Shown here: positions 29,338-40,756 of the stretch, in pieces | How positions within the stretch are numbered: the first letter of the stretch is position 1 | Layout: the number at the start of each line of letters is the position of its first letter | DNA from: Nannocystis bainbridge | GTDB taxonomy: Bacteria > Myxococcota_A > Polyangia > Nannocystales > Nannocystaceae | Direction: 5' to 3' | NCBI RefSeq assembly: GCF_028368995.1 | Contig: NZ_JAQNDL010000001.1 | Location: 352,001 to 416,000, forward strand | DNA length: 64,000 bases | Translations under genes and position numbers: made by a program | Notes under the pieces: generated by a model | Told to the model about the DNA's origin: nothing | The model's database searches: none | The model's input: the letters and a program-made list of their open reading frames with translations, nothing else

Positions 29338-30408
29338 GTGTCCCAGGAACACCCGCACACTGCCATCGCCCTTCACGCTGTCGGCCAGGAGCTGCGGCGT
29401 CAGGGCAAGTTCGAAGAGGCCCTCGATCACTACCATCGGGCGCTCGCGCTGCAGCGGACCGTCCTCGGGACCAAGCACCCGTACACCGCCAGCACCCTGT
29501 CGGCGATCGGCCAGATCCTGTTCACCCAGGGTCAGCACGTCGCCGCCCTCGATCACCACCGCCAGGCCTTCTCGATCAAGCGCGAGCTGCTCGGCGCGGG
29601 CCACATCTTCACCGCCAACTCCCTGTTCGACCTCGGCCTCGCGCTGTTCGCCGCCGGCCAGCGTGAAGAGGCGCTGGCCGCCTACACCCGGGCCCTCGCC
29701 GTCCAGCTGCGCGCCCTCGGGCCCGGCCACGCGCGCACGATCAGCACCCAGCAGGCGATCGGCGAGCTCCTGCTCGCCGAGGGTCACTTCGCCGACGCGC
29801 TCAGCCACCTCCACGCCGCGCTCACCGGCCTCGAGCAGATGCGCGCCGCCGCCGATCCTGCCGACATCGATCGCCGGCTGATCCCCGTGATCGTCGGCGT
29901 CGGTCAGGTGCTGTTCCAGCAGAACCAGTACGCCGAGTCGCTGGTCCACTACCAGCGCGCGCTCGGCCTCGCCGAGACCCATCGCGGGCCCAACCACGAG
30001 GACACTCTCGGCGTTCTCCACGACCTCGGCCGCGCCCGCGGTCGCGCCGGCGACGTCGAAGGCGCCCTCGATGCCTTCCAGCGCAACCTCGCCGGCCTGC
30101 GCGCGCTCTACGGCGAGAACCACGCCCGCGTCGCCGCCACCCTCAACGCCATCGGCCAGATCCACTACGGCCGCGGCGAGCACCGGGCCGCCCTCGACCA
30201 TTACCGCCAGGCCCTCGAGATCCGCCACCGCGTCCTCGGCTCCGAGCACTGGCTGACCGTCAGCTCGCGCTTCAACTGCGGCACCGCCCTGCGCGAGCTC
30301 GGCGACCCCGTCGGCGCCGTCGAGATGGGCCGCGCCGCCGAGGCCCTCGAGCGCCTCCTCGGCTCCGAGCACCCGCACGTGCAGTCGACCCGCTCCTGGC
30401 TGCGCTGA
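29338..30408 (+). CDS. Tetratricopeptide repeat protein (kinesin-light-chain-type repeats)
   Basis: Repeated 42-aa units 'LG..HP.TA.TL..IG......G....AL.HY..AL'. Confidence 0.85.
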   Translation: MSQEHPHTAIALHAVGQELRRQGKFEEALDHYHRALALQRTVLGTKHPYTASTLSAIGQILFTQGQHVAALDHHRQAFSIKRELLGAGHIFTANSLFDLGLALFAAGQREEALAAYTRALAVQLRALGPGHARTISTQQAIGELLLAEGHFADALSHLHAALTGLEQMRAAADPADIDRRLIPVIVGVGQVLFQQNQYAESLVHYQRALGLAETHRGPNHEDTLGVLHDLGRARGRAGDVEGALDAFQRNLAGLRALYGENHARVAATLNAIGQIHYGRGEHRAALDHYRQALEIRHRVLGSEHWLTVSSRFNCGTALRELGDPVGAVEMGRAAEALERLLGSEHPHVQSTRSWLR

Positions 30409-30720
30409 GCCGGCCGCGCCCCGATGCACGGGGGTTCCGCCGACCTGTCCCGAGGGACACTCGGATCGCTGGCCGCGCCGTCGTGCTCCGCCTCGGCTTC
30501 ACCAGCCTCACTCCCCTCGCCGCTGACATGTCCCGGAGGACAGATTCATCCTCGCACCGCGCAGTTACTTCATTCGTAACCTCGCCAGACACCCGATCGC
30601 GTCGAGATGCTCTTCGAGACAGGTTGGTCGCGCCGAGCGCTCCTCCACTTCGAATCGCGCCGGCAGCCGGCCTACCGGCCCGCGGTTGACCCGCTCACCC
30701 GCGCGAAGTATCACCGGCAC

Positions 30721-31875
30721 ATGCCCCGCGTCCTGCGCCCGCTCTGCCTGCCGGTCCTGGTCGCGCTCGCGTCGGCCTGCTCGCGCCCGGCCGCGCCGGC
30801 CCGGCCCGACCCGCTGACCTTGCTGCCCGGCGACGCCAGCCTGGTCGCCCACGTCGACCTCGCGGCCCTGCGCGCCGCCCCGCTGTGGCAGCAGAACCGC
30901 GCCCTCCTCGACGCCGACCCCGACGCCCGCAAGACCCTCGACGCCCTCGCCGCCTGCCGCGTCCCGTTCGACGGCCTGCGCAGCCTCGACCTGGCCGTCG
31001 CCGCCAACGGGGTCGACGTCGCCGCCGTCGTCATCGGCGACGGCGTCGGCGACCGCGAGCGCATCACCTGTCTCGAAGGGCAGCTCCCCGATCGCGGCCT
31101 GCGGCTCGACGTCAGCGGCCCCGAGCCGGTCGTCGTCCTCGGCAGCGCGCGCGGACGGATCGTCGGCCCCGACGTCCTCGTGCTCGGCACGGCCGGCTGG
31201 GCGCAGCAGCTCGACGCCCTGCGCGCCGGCACCGGCACCAGCGCGGCCGCCGGCCCGCTGCAGCCGCTGCTCGCCCGCGTCGCCGCCGACCGCCCGATCT
31301 GGTTCGCCGGCCAGGTCCCCACCCGCGCCGCCGTCTCGCTCGCGCCGGCCCTGTCCGGCCTCGAGCAGGTCCGCGGCGCCCTCGACCTGCGCGATGGCCT
31401 CGGCGTCGAGCTCGCCCTCGGCATGCACAGCGAGGATGTCGCCGGCGCCACGCTGGCCGGGCTCAAGAAGCAATTCGAGGCCCTGCGCGGCGCCGGCCTC
31501 CCGCCCGCGATCCTGGACCGCGTCGGCCTCGGCCAGACGGGCCGCGAGGTCACGGTCGAGGTCCGCCTGGGCATGGCCGAGATCGCCGCCCTGCACACCC
31601 TCGCCGAGGCCCTGCGCCCCGCGCCCGCGCCCTCGCCGACGCCCGCCTCGTCGACCTCGCCGGCGCCCACGCCCTCGTCCGCTTCGTCGCCCTCGCCCGC
31701 GCCAACGCCCGCGCCCGCCGCATCGCCCTCGTCCGCACCCACGCCCTCGCCCGCGCCAACGCCCGCGCCCGCCATGCCGCCCGCGCCCGCCGCATCGCCC
31801 TCGCCCGCGCCCTCGTCCGCCCCGGCTCTCACGCGCGAGCCTCCAGTCACGCCCGCCCCGGCGCCCGCGCCCTGA
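30721..31875 (+). CDS. Hypothetical lipoprotein with Pro/Ala/Ser low-complexity tail
   Basis: Lipobox ASAC; C-terminal SPAPTPAPAA repeats. Confidence 0.65.
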   Translation: MPRVLRPLCLPVLVALASACSRPAAPARPDPLTLLPGDASLVAHVDLAALRAAPLWQQNRALLDADPDARKTLDALAACRVPFDGLRSLDLAVAANGVDVAAVVIGDGVGDRERITCLEGQLPDRGLRLDVSGPEPVVVLGSARGRIVGPDVLVLGTAGWAQQLDALRAGTGTSAAAGPLQPLLARVAADRPIWFAGQVPTRAAVSLAPALSGLEQVRGALDLRDGLGVELALGMHSEDVAGATLAGLKKQFEALRGAGLPPAILDRVGLGQTGREVTVEVRLGMAEIAALHTLAEALRPAPAPSPTPASSTSPAPTPSSASSPSPAPTPAPAASPSSAPTPSPAPTPAPAMPPAPAASPSPAPSSAPALTREPPVTPAPAPAP

Positions 31876-31988
31876 AGCGTCCGTCTCGCTTACCGCGGCT
31901 CCAGGGCTCGCCTGTCGCGCGCGCAAGCCTTCGCCCTCGCTGCGCCGCGCCCGTCGACGCCCGCGCACCTTCGCGCCATACTCGCGAC

Positions 31989-33050
31989 GTGCACGTCCGC
32001 CCTCTCGCTTCTGCCAGCGTTCTCGGCCTGTTCCTCGCCTGCGGCGACGCCACCCAGACCACCAGCGAGGCCGGCGATCCGAGCGGTCCGGCGAGCACCG
32101 GCGGCATGACCACCGGCATCGTCATCCCGCCGACCAGCAGCACCACTGGCAGCACCAGCGCCGCCGTCACCAGCGAGGGCCCCGAGAAGTACGACCTCCC
32201 GCCCAGCGACACCGAGGAAGATCCGGTCGGCTGCGGCGCCGTCGACGTCCTGTTCGTCGTCGACAACTCGAAGTCCATGGCGCAGTACCAGGCCGCCCTC
32301 GCCGACGCCTTCCCGCAGTTCGTCGACGCCATGATCGACAACCTGCCGAAGGGCGTCGACCTCCACGTCGGCATCACCACCACCGACTTCTACTGCACCG
32401 GCCCCGGCCAGGCCTGTTGCCCCGACAACTGCCCGGTCGGCAACACCCAGTGCCAGATCGGCACCACCCCCGAAGAGGTCGAGACCATCGACGAGTACTA
32501 CGTCCCGCCGACCAGCGGGGACAACGGGGCCAACGGCGCGCAGGGCCGCCTGTTCGTCCACGACGGCATGGCCTACTTCGGCATCAACACCAACGCCGAC
32601 CCGGCCCCGCTCAAGGCGTGGTTCACCGGCGCCGCCACGGCCGCCGGCGAGCAGGGCTCCTCGCTCGAGATGCCGGTCGCCGCCGCCGCCTACGCCACCA
32701 GCACCACCAACGCCGGCGCCAACGAGGGCTTCTTGCGCGACAAGGACGCCGTCCTCCTGGTCTTCTTCCTCACCAATGATCCTGACGCCTCGGTCGAGGT
32801 GCTCTCGACCTACACCGCCATGGTCCGCGAGGCCAAGGCCGACTGCGGCGGCGACGCCTGCATCCTCACCGCCGGCCTGCTCAAGAAATGCGTCCCGGCC
32901 GAGAACCAGAAGCTGTGGCAGTTCATGAAGGCCTTCGGCGAGGAGCCGATCTGGGGCGACATCGAGGACAAGGCCGGCTACGTCGAGGTGGTCGGCGAGG
33001 CCCTCGCCGCCACCCTCGGCGACGCCTGCATCCACATCCCCATCGGCTGA
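31989..33050 (+). CDS. Secreted lipoprotein with vWA-like domain
   Basis: Lipobox FLAC, Thr-rich linker, VDVLFVVDNSKSM (MIDAS-like DxSxS), GFLRDKDAVLLVFFLT. Confidence 0.72.
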   Translation: MHVRPLASASVLGLFLACGDATQTTSEAGDPSGPASTGGMTTGIVIPPTSSTTGSTSAAVTSEGPEKYDLPPSDTEEDPVGCGAVDVLFVVDNSKSMAQYQAALADAFPQFVDAMIDNLPKGVDLHVGITTTDFYCTGPGQACCPDNCPVGNTQCQIGTTPEEVETIDEYYVPPTSGDNGANGAQGRLFVHDGMAYFGINTNADPAPLKAWFTGAATAAGEQGSSLEMPVAAAAYATSTTNAGANEGFLRDKDAVLLVFFLTNDPDASVEVLSTYTAMVREAKADCGGDACILTAGLLKKCVPAENQKLWQFMKAFGEEPIWGDIEDKAGYVEVVGEALAATLGDACIHIPIG

Positions 33051-33126
33051 TGCCTGTCCGCGAGGACATGCTCCGGCAGACATGCCCCCGCGAGCATGTC
33101 CCTGAGAACATGTCCTCGAGGTCCTC
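33050..33126. repeat. 14-bp-phased palindrome array
   Basis: Cores at 33053, 33067, 33081, 33095, 33109, 33123; convergent junction. Confidence 0.9.
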
Positions 33127-33181
33127 CCGCTCCTCGACCTCGCCGCCGCCTTGACCCACAAAGGCCCGGGCGGCCGCCGCC

Positions 33182-34333
33182 TCAGCGGTACAGCTCGCCC
33201 TTGAGCGCGAACACCCCGGACACCGCCACCCGCTCGTCGAGCTGGAGCCCGGCCTTGACCTCGACGCGCTCGAAGTCGCCGACCCCGAGCGTCACCTTGC
33301 GCATCTCGAACGTGCGCTCGCCGCTCGCCACGAACACGATCGGCGCCCCCTCGATCTGGATCACCGCCTGCCGCGGCACCACCACCGCGCGGCGCTGGGC
33401 CGACGCCGGGCGGATGTTGGCGTGGACCGCCTGGCCCGCGCGCAGCATGCCCGACGAGTTGTCGACGACCACCCGGACCTCGGCGCTGCGCGTCATCGGG
33501 TCGAGCGCCACGGCCACGAACTCGACCACCCCGGCGAACGCCTGGTCGGGGCGGAGCGTCGGCGTCAGCTCGACCGGGTCGCCGGGCTGCACGTGCAGCA
33601 GCTCGCCCTCGAACACCGCCAGTCGGACCCACAGGCTGCTGCGGTCCGCGATCATGAAGGCCGTGTGGCTCGGCACCACCGCCTGCCCGCGCGACACCTG
33701 CACCTCGACCACGTCGCCCGCGATCGGGCTCGTCAGCGCATTGGTCCCGAGCTTGTGCTTGCCCGGCGCGCCCGCCAGGGCCGCGACCCGCTGCCTGGCC
33801 GCCCGCAGCTGCGCCTCGGCGATCGCGGCCGCCGAGACCGCCATGTCGAGCTCGCGCTGCGACGTGATGCCCTCGGCCAACAGGCTCTGCTTGCGCTCGA
33901 CGTCGCGTCTGGCCGCGATCAGCCGCGCCTCCATCGCCGCGATGTCCGCCTGGGCCGTGCCGAGCTCCGCGCTGACCAGCGTGCCCAGCACCTGCCCCAC
34001 CTCGACCTTGCTGCCCTCGATGACCGCGACGTCGGCCACCCGCCCGGCGATCCGCGAGCCCACCGCGGCCAGCCGCTGGGCGTCGAACTCGAGCACGCCC
34101 GTCACGTGGACCACGGGGGTTACGTCCTCGTAATGCGCCGACACCACCGAGATCCCCACCCGCTCCGCGTACCCGTCCGGCAGCTCCACCACGCCCTCGC
34201 GGATCAGCGGCAGCTCCGGCGGCGCCATCCGGACGCGCCCAGCGGCCTCGCCGCCGCCGCAGCCCATCACCGCCGACAGCCCGAGCAGCAAGCCGGCGGT
34301 CCATCGTGCAGTTCGGGCGCAGATCGCTGGCAT
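33182..34333 (-). CDS. RND efflux membrane fusion protein (CzcB/CusB-like)
   Basis: VGSRIAGRV, LTSPIAG.V, LDPMTRSAEVRV, LRAGQ, VVVPRQAV, GVFALKGEL. Confidence 0.88.
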   Translation of the reverse strand: MPAICARTARWTAGLLLGLSAVMGCGGGEAAGRVRMAPPELPLIREGVVELPDGYAERVGISVVSAHYEDVTPVVHVTGVLEFDAQRLAAVGSRIAGRVADVAVIEGSKVEVGQVLGTLVSAELGTAQADIAAMEARLIAARRDVERKQSLLAEGITSQRELDMAVSAAAIAEAQLRAARQRVAALAGAPGKHKLGTNALTSPIAGDVVEVQVSRGQAVVPSHTAFMIADRSSLWVRLAVFEGELLHVQPGDPVELTPTLRPDQAFAGVVEFVAVALDPMTRSAEVRVVVDNSSGMLRAGQAVHANIRPASAQRRAVVVPRQAVIQIEGAPIVFVASGERTFEMRKVTLGVGDFERVEVKAGLQLDERVAVSGVFALKGELYR

Positions 34334-34379
34334 ACGGTGCTCGCAGCTACTGTGGATCGCCGGCCGCCTGTTCCGCCGT

Positions 34380-35534
34380 TTAAGAAACGGTAAAGCCCGG
34401 ATCGCGCGAGGTCGTCAACCGGATCGTGAACCTGGCCCCGCCGCCCGGCGCCTCGCCCACGGCCAGCGTACCGGCGTGCCCCTCGACGATCCGGCGGGTG
34501 ATCGCCAGACCGAGCCCGAGGCCCGCGCGCCCCGGCGTACGGTCGGCCGTGGGGGCCGTCGCGCGCACGAACGGGGCGAAGATCCGCTCACGCTCGGCCG
34601 CGGGGATCCCCGGTCCCTGATCGTCGACGGTGACCACCAGCGCCTCGGCCTCCGCCTGCATCCGCAGCGTCACCGTCCCGCCGGGCGGCGAGTACGCGAT
34701 CGCGTTGCTCACCAGGTTGCCGATGGCGATCTCGAGCGCGTCGGCGTCGACCTGCGCCACCAGCTCCTCCGGCCCCGCGAACACCAGCTTCACCTCGGCC
34801 CGCCCCGCCGCCTCGGTCCAGCGCTGCACCGGCCCGTCGAGCCGCGCCATCAGCTCGACGCGCGCGCGCTTCACCGCTCCGCTCGCGCGCGCCAGCTGCA
34901 GCAGCGCCTCGACCAGCCCCGACATGCGCCGCACCTCGTCGAGCGTCTGGTCGGCCAGGCCCTCCCACTCGCCCGGCGAACGCGGTCGTCGGCGGGCCAC
35001 CTCGAGCGTGCTCGAGAGCACCGTCAGCGGCGAGCGCAGCTCGTGCGAGGCGTCGGCCGCGAATTGCCGCTGGGCCGCGATCCCGCCGTCGATGCGCGCG
35101 AACAGGGCGTTGAGCGCCGACGCCAGCGCGTCCAGCTCGTCGCCGGCGCCCGTCACCGGCAGCCGCTCGCGCAGGTCCTCCGCGCTCATGCGCGACGCCG
35201 CGGCGATCACCGCGTCGATCCGCGACGTCGCCCGGTGCGTCAGCCACCGCGCCCCCGCGATCGCCAGCACCAGCCCGATCGGCGCCGCGATCGCGAACGC
35301 CACCATCACCTGGGTCAGCAGCGTCTCGGTCGGGAACTCGACGGCCTCGATGCCGTCGTCGTCTTCCTCGCCCGGCTCGCCGTCGTCGTCGTCGATCTCC
35401 GCCGCGTCGCGCAGCTCGTCGAGGTACAGCACCAGCGCCGCCGTGGCCGTGAACACCAGCAGGCTGAGCCCCGTGGAGGCGCCGATCCAGAAGCCCAGCC
35501 AGCGGCCGAGCGAGCGCCGGCGCGGCGCCGTCAT
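34380..35534 (-). CDS. HAMP-domain sensor histidine kinase (CzcS/CusS-like)
   Basis: FAADASHELRSPL, NLVSNAI, DQGPGI, GLGLGLAI. Confidence 0.9.
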   Translation of the reverse strand: MTAPRRRSLGRWLGFWIGASTGLSLLVFTATAALVLYLDELRDAAEIDDDDGEPGEEDDDGIEAVEFPTETLLTQVMVAFAIAAPIGLVLAIAGARWLTHRATSRIDAVIAAASRMSAEDLRERLPVTGAGDELDALASALNALFARIDGGIAAQRQFAADASHELRSPLTVLSSTLEVARRRPRSPGEWEGLADQTLDEVRRMSGLVEALLQLARASGAVKRARVELMARLDGPVQRWTEAAGRAEVKLVFAGPEELVAQVDADALEIAIGNLVSNAIAYSPPGGTVTLRMQAEAEALVVTVDDQGPGIPAAERERIFAPFVRATAPTADRTPGRAGLGLGLAITRRIVEGHAGTLAVGEAPGGGARFTIRLTTSRDPGFTVS

Positions 35535-36199
35535 GCCTCCGTCACCCGCGCGCGGAACCCGGCCCCGCGCACCGTCTCGAGCGTGATCGGCAGGTCGGCC
35601 AGCTTGCGCCGCAGGTGCGCCAGGTGGACATCGATCGCATTGGTCCCGGGGTCGTGCATGTAGCCGAACACCTCGCGGAGGATATCGATGCGCGGCACCA
35701 CCTCGGAGCGGCGACGCAGCAGGTACGCCAGCAGCGCGTGCTCCCGCGGCGTCAGCACCACGCGCACCTCGCCGTGACGGACCCCGAACTCGTCGTCGAG
35801 CGCCACCTCGCCCTCCTCCACCGCCGCCCAGCGCGGCCCCCCGGCGCGGCGGGTCAGCGCCCGCAAGCGCGCCAGCAGCTCCGCGAACTCGAACGGTTTA
35901 ATTAAATAATCATCGGCACCGGCGTCGAGGGCCGCCACTCGCGACTCGACCGCGTCGCGGGCCGTCAGCACCAGCAGCGGGATATGCGTCCGCTCGCCGC
36001 GGAGCAGCCCCAGCAGCTCCATCCCGTCCATGTCGGGCAGACCGAGGTCGAGCACGATCGCGTCGATGCTGGTCGCGCGCGACAGCTCGAGGGCCCGCGC
36101 CGCCGTGCCCGCAGCGACCGCCGCGATCCCCTCCTCCGAGAAGCCCTGCGCGAGCGCGCGCACAAGCCGCTCGTTGTCTTCGATGAGCAAGATCCGCAT
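35531..36199 (-). CDS. OmpR-family response regulator
   Basis: ILLIED, LDLGLPDMDG, LTARD, GADDYLIKPF, LTPRE, ETVRGAGF. Confidence 0.93.
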   Translation of the reverse strand: MRILLIEDNERLVRALAQGFSEEGIAAVAAGTAARALELSRATSIDAIVLDLGLPDMDGMELLGLLRGERTHIPLLVLTARDAVESRVAALDAGADDYLIKPFEFAELLARLRALTRRAGGPRWAAVEEGEVALDDEFGVRHGEVRVVLTPREHALLAYLLRRRSEVVPRIDILREVFGYMHDPGTNAIDVHLAHLRRKLADLPITLETVRGAGFRARVTEA

Positions 36200-36522
36200 G
36201 TGCTCCCGCAGTGTACCGCCGGATCTGGCGCGGGCTGCGACCACCCGATTAAGACCCCGTTAATCCGCCCGTACGCACGCATCGCGGACCTTCGTGCTGT
36301 CCCGATCAGGTCAGCTCGCGCAGGCCGTCCTCGCCGTCAAAATAAACTGTCCCAAAGGACATCTCCGTCCTGCCGCGGCCGGAGCCCGCGCATGAGCTCG
36401 TCCAGGGTTCGAGCAGCGCTGTTTCCAGAAAGTTTCCAGAAACTGCGGCCATGCGAGCTCGTGCGACCCCTGCCGCCCGGCCCTCGACCTGTCCTCGAGG
36501 ACATCTCAAGCATCGCGCCGGC

Positions 36523-38520
36523 TCACCCCCCGCAGCCGATCGGATAGCCCCCGCGCGGCCCCGCTGCGACCTCCGTCGCCGTGAACCCCGAGGTCCCGTC
36601 GCAGCGCGCCCGCCACAGCTGCGGCCTCGTCGCGGGCGCGTGCCACAGCACATCGTCGCAGCCGTCGCCGTCGAAGTCGCCCACGCACGTCGTCGCCTCG
36701 CCCGGCGGCGTCGGCACCGGCACGCGCTCGATCGCTGGCCCTCGCATCCGCCACAGCCATGCGCGCTCCGGCTCTGCCGACCACCACAGCGCCTCGTCTG
36801 CCCCGTCGCCGTCGAAATCGCCGACCTCCATCCGCGCCAGCAGGTCGCCCGCGCCCTCGCTGCGCGACCACCCGGACGCCACGCAATTGCCGTCCTCGCC
36901 CCACAGCCGGTCCGGATGCCAGCGCACCGTCGCCTGCGCCCGCGGGTCCCACCACAGCGCCTCGTCCACCCCGTCGCCGTCGAAATCGCCGACGCGACCG
37001 ACCTGCTCTTCGCCCGGGCGCAGCCCGCACGCCGGCAGACCTGACCGTTGCAACATGTCCCTCGAGTCATCTCCGAACGCCCACAGATCGACCGCGAACC
37101 GCTGCGCGTCGAGCCACAGCACCTGGCTGCGGCGCGCCCCCGATCCGCGACCCGGCGTCCACAGCCCCACCAGCGGCCAGCCGTAGCCGGCCGCGAAGCG
37201 GTCGTCGAGCGGCTCGTCCTCCACCCCGCCCGCGCGCCAGACCCACCGCGCGTCGACCTCCGCGCCTGGCCGCCACCACCACACCGCGTCGCCGCCGTCG
37301 CCCGCGAACGCCCCCACGATCGGCGCCGCGCTGCCCGGCGCCGCCACCCGCGTGCGCACGAAGCCCCCGCGACCCTGCGCCGGCGGCTGCCACAGCTCGT
37401 CCGTGATCTCCTCCGGCCCGAACATCAGCACCTCGGTCCGCCCGTCCGCGCCTGCCAGCGCCACCGGCCGCCACGAGCGCGGCGCCCGGCTCGGGCACGG
37501 CCCGTCGCGCATGCAAAGGCTGAACGTGCGCCGCGCGAACCGCCCCGCCGGCCCGCCGTACCACACCTCGTACGTCTCGCCCCCCGGCTGAAACCACACC
37601 ACGTCCTCGCGCCCGTCGCCGTCGACATCCACGCGCGAGCGCGGCAGCGCGTAGAGGATCGCCGCGCCCAGGCGATCGCCGCGCGACAGCCGGCCCTGCT
37701 TGCTGGCCGCCGAGATGCCCGGGCAGCGCGCGTCGCCCATCACCGACGCCGGATCGGGGTACGTCAGCCCGCGGAACTCGGTCGAGGCCGCGTCGACGCA
37801 GATCTCCCGCGACTGCTCGAACCGCGAGTGCTCGTGCACGAACCCCAGCAGGTGCCCGAGCTCGTGCAGCACCACCATCTCGGGCGAGTACATCTCGCTC
37901 ACCAGCGCCTCCGGCCACACCAGCAGCCGCGCCCCCTCGTCCTCCGGCGCCGTCGCCGGGAACGACGCCGACGCCAGCGGGCACCCGCTCGCCCCGCACT
38001 CCGCCGCCGCCCCCTGGCGCACCGTGAACGCCACCTGCTCCGGCGCTGCGCAGGCCGGAGTCCCGTCGAGCTCGGCGCGGTGGATGAAGTTCACCCCTGA
38101 CGCCCGCTCCCACTGCGCCGTCGCCAGCGTCAGCGCCGCGCGCGTGCGGGCCAGCAGCGCCCGGTCGGCGAACTCGCCCAGGCAGTACGCCAGGTCGAGC
38201 TTGCGCCCCACGTCCCACGCGCGGTCGAGCGTCCCGCGGCACTTGACCGCGCTGCGGTACGCTGTCTCTTCCGACATGTCCGAAAAACCATGTCCCGACG
38301 GCAGCAGGATGTCGCCCTCGATCCGCAGCCCGCCGCCGACCAGCACCTCGGGCGCCTCGCCGCCGCAGACCCCGTCGTCGGCCACCAGCGCCGCGCCCTC
38401 GCAGCCGCCGGCGAGCGCCCCCAGAGCCAGCGCCAGGGCCCGCCCCGCGCGCCAGCGGCCGCGCGCCAGCGCCAGCGCGGCGACCTCTGCCAGCAGCGCG
38501 CCCCGGTCCGACCGCTCCAC
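36523..38520 (-). CDS. Secreted zinc metalloprotease (metzincin) with FG-GAP repeats
   Basis: HELGHLLGFVHEH zinc motif, SVM Met-turn, EGDI pro-region, GDFDGDG.DE repeats; start uncertain. Confidence 0.8.
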   Translation of the reverse strand: MERSDRGALLAEVAALALARGRWRAGRALALALGALAGGCEGAALVADDGVCGGEAPEVLVGGGLRIEGDILLPSGHGFSDMSEETAYRSAVKCRGTLDRAWDVGRKLDLAYCLGEFADRALLARTRAALTLATAQWERASGVNFIHRAELDGTPACAAPEQVAFTVRQGAAAECGASGCPLASASFPATAPEDEGARLLVWPEALVSEMYSPEMVVLHELGHLLGFVHEHSRFEQSREICVDAASTEFRGLTYPDPASVMGDARCPGISAASKQGRLSRGDRLGAAILYALPRSRVDVDGDGREDVVWFQPGGETYEVWYGGPAGRFARRTFSLCMRDGPCPSRAPRSWRPVALAGADGRTEVLMFGPEEITDELWQPPAQGRGGFVRTRVAAPGSAAPIVGAFAGDGGDAVWWWRPGAEVDARWVWRAGGVEDEPLDDRFAAGYGWPLVGLWTPGRGSGARRSQVLWLDAQRFAVDLWAFGDDSRDMLQRSGLPACGLRPGEEQVGRVGDFDGDGVDEALWWDPRAQATVRWHPDRLWGEDGNCVASGWSRSEGAGDLLARMEVGDFDGDGADEALWWSAEPERAWLWRMRGPAIERVPVPTPPGEATTCVGDFDGDGCDDVLWHAPATRPQLWRARCDGTSGFTATEVAAGPRGGYPIGCGG

Positions 38521-38777
38521 TCGCCTTGCGATGCCCGACCCGGGGCACCCGTGCAACCCGTCGCCGTCACGCTCCCCGCGGCCCACCCTCCAGGTCCCCG
38601 GCCGCCCGCGCGCCCGCGAGCGCCGAGATCTCGGGCCCGCCTCTCCACCTGTCCTGAACGACCTGTCCCATCCGCCAGCCGACGCGAATTCGGCGCCGCG
38701 CCGACGCCCCTATCGAGCCCTCCGCCCGCGCGCCCGCGGCACGCGAACAGGCGGCCCGCGCTCGCGCCGGCCGCCCG

Positions 38778-38868
38778 ACCTTTCGGACCTGCCCCTTCGG
38801 GCCTGTCCCTTCAGACCTGCCCCCGGAGACCTGCCCTTTCGGACCTGTCCCCTGGGACCTGCCCGAAC
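38778..38868. repeat. 14-bp-phased array, directional variant (RGACCTGYCC)
   Basis: CCTG cores at 38788, 38802, 38816, 38830, 38844, 38858. Confidence 0.88.
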
Positions 38869-38871
38869 GCG

Positions 38872-40683
<1,812 letters not shown>

Positions 40684-40756
40684 GGCCGCAGGGTAAACCC
40701 ACCTCGGCTCGCAGTACAACGCGCCGCGCGGCCTCTCCCTTGTCTCGGCCAGACCC

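Noticed and set aside
31615-31872. Tandem DNA repeats at the end of the 30721 lipoprotein
   Set aside because: Ordinary Pro/Ala/Ser low-complexity coding repeats, unrelated to the palindrome.
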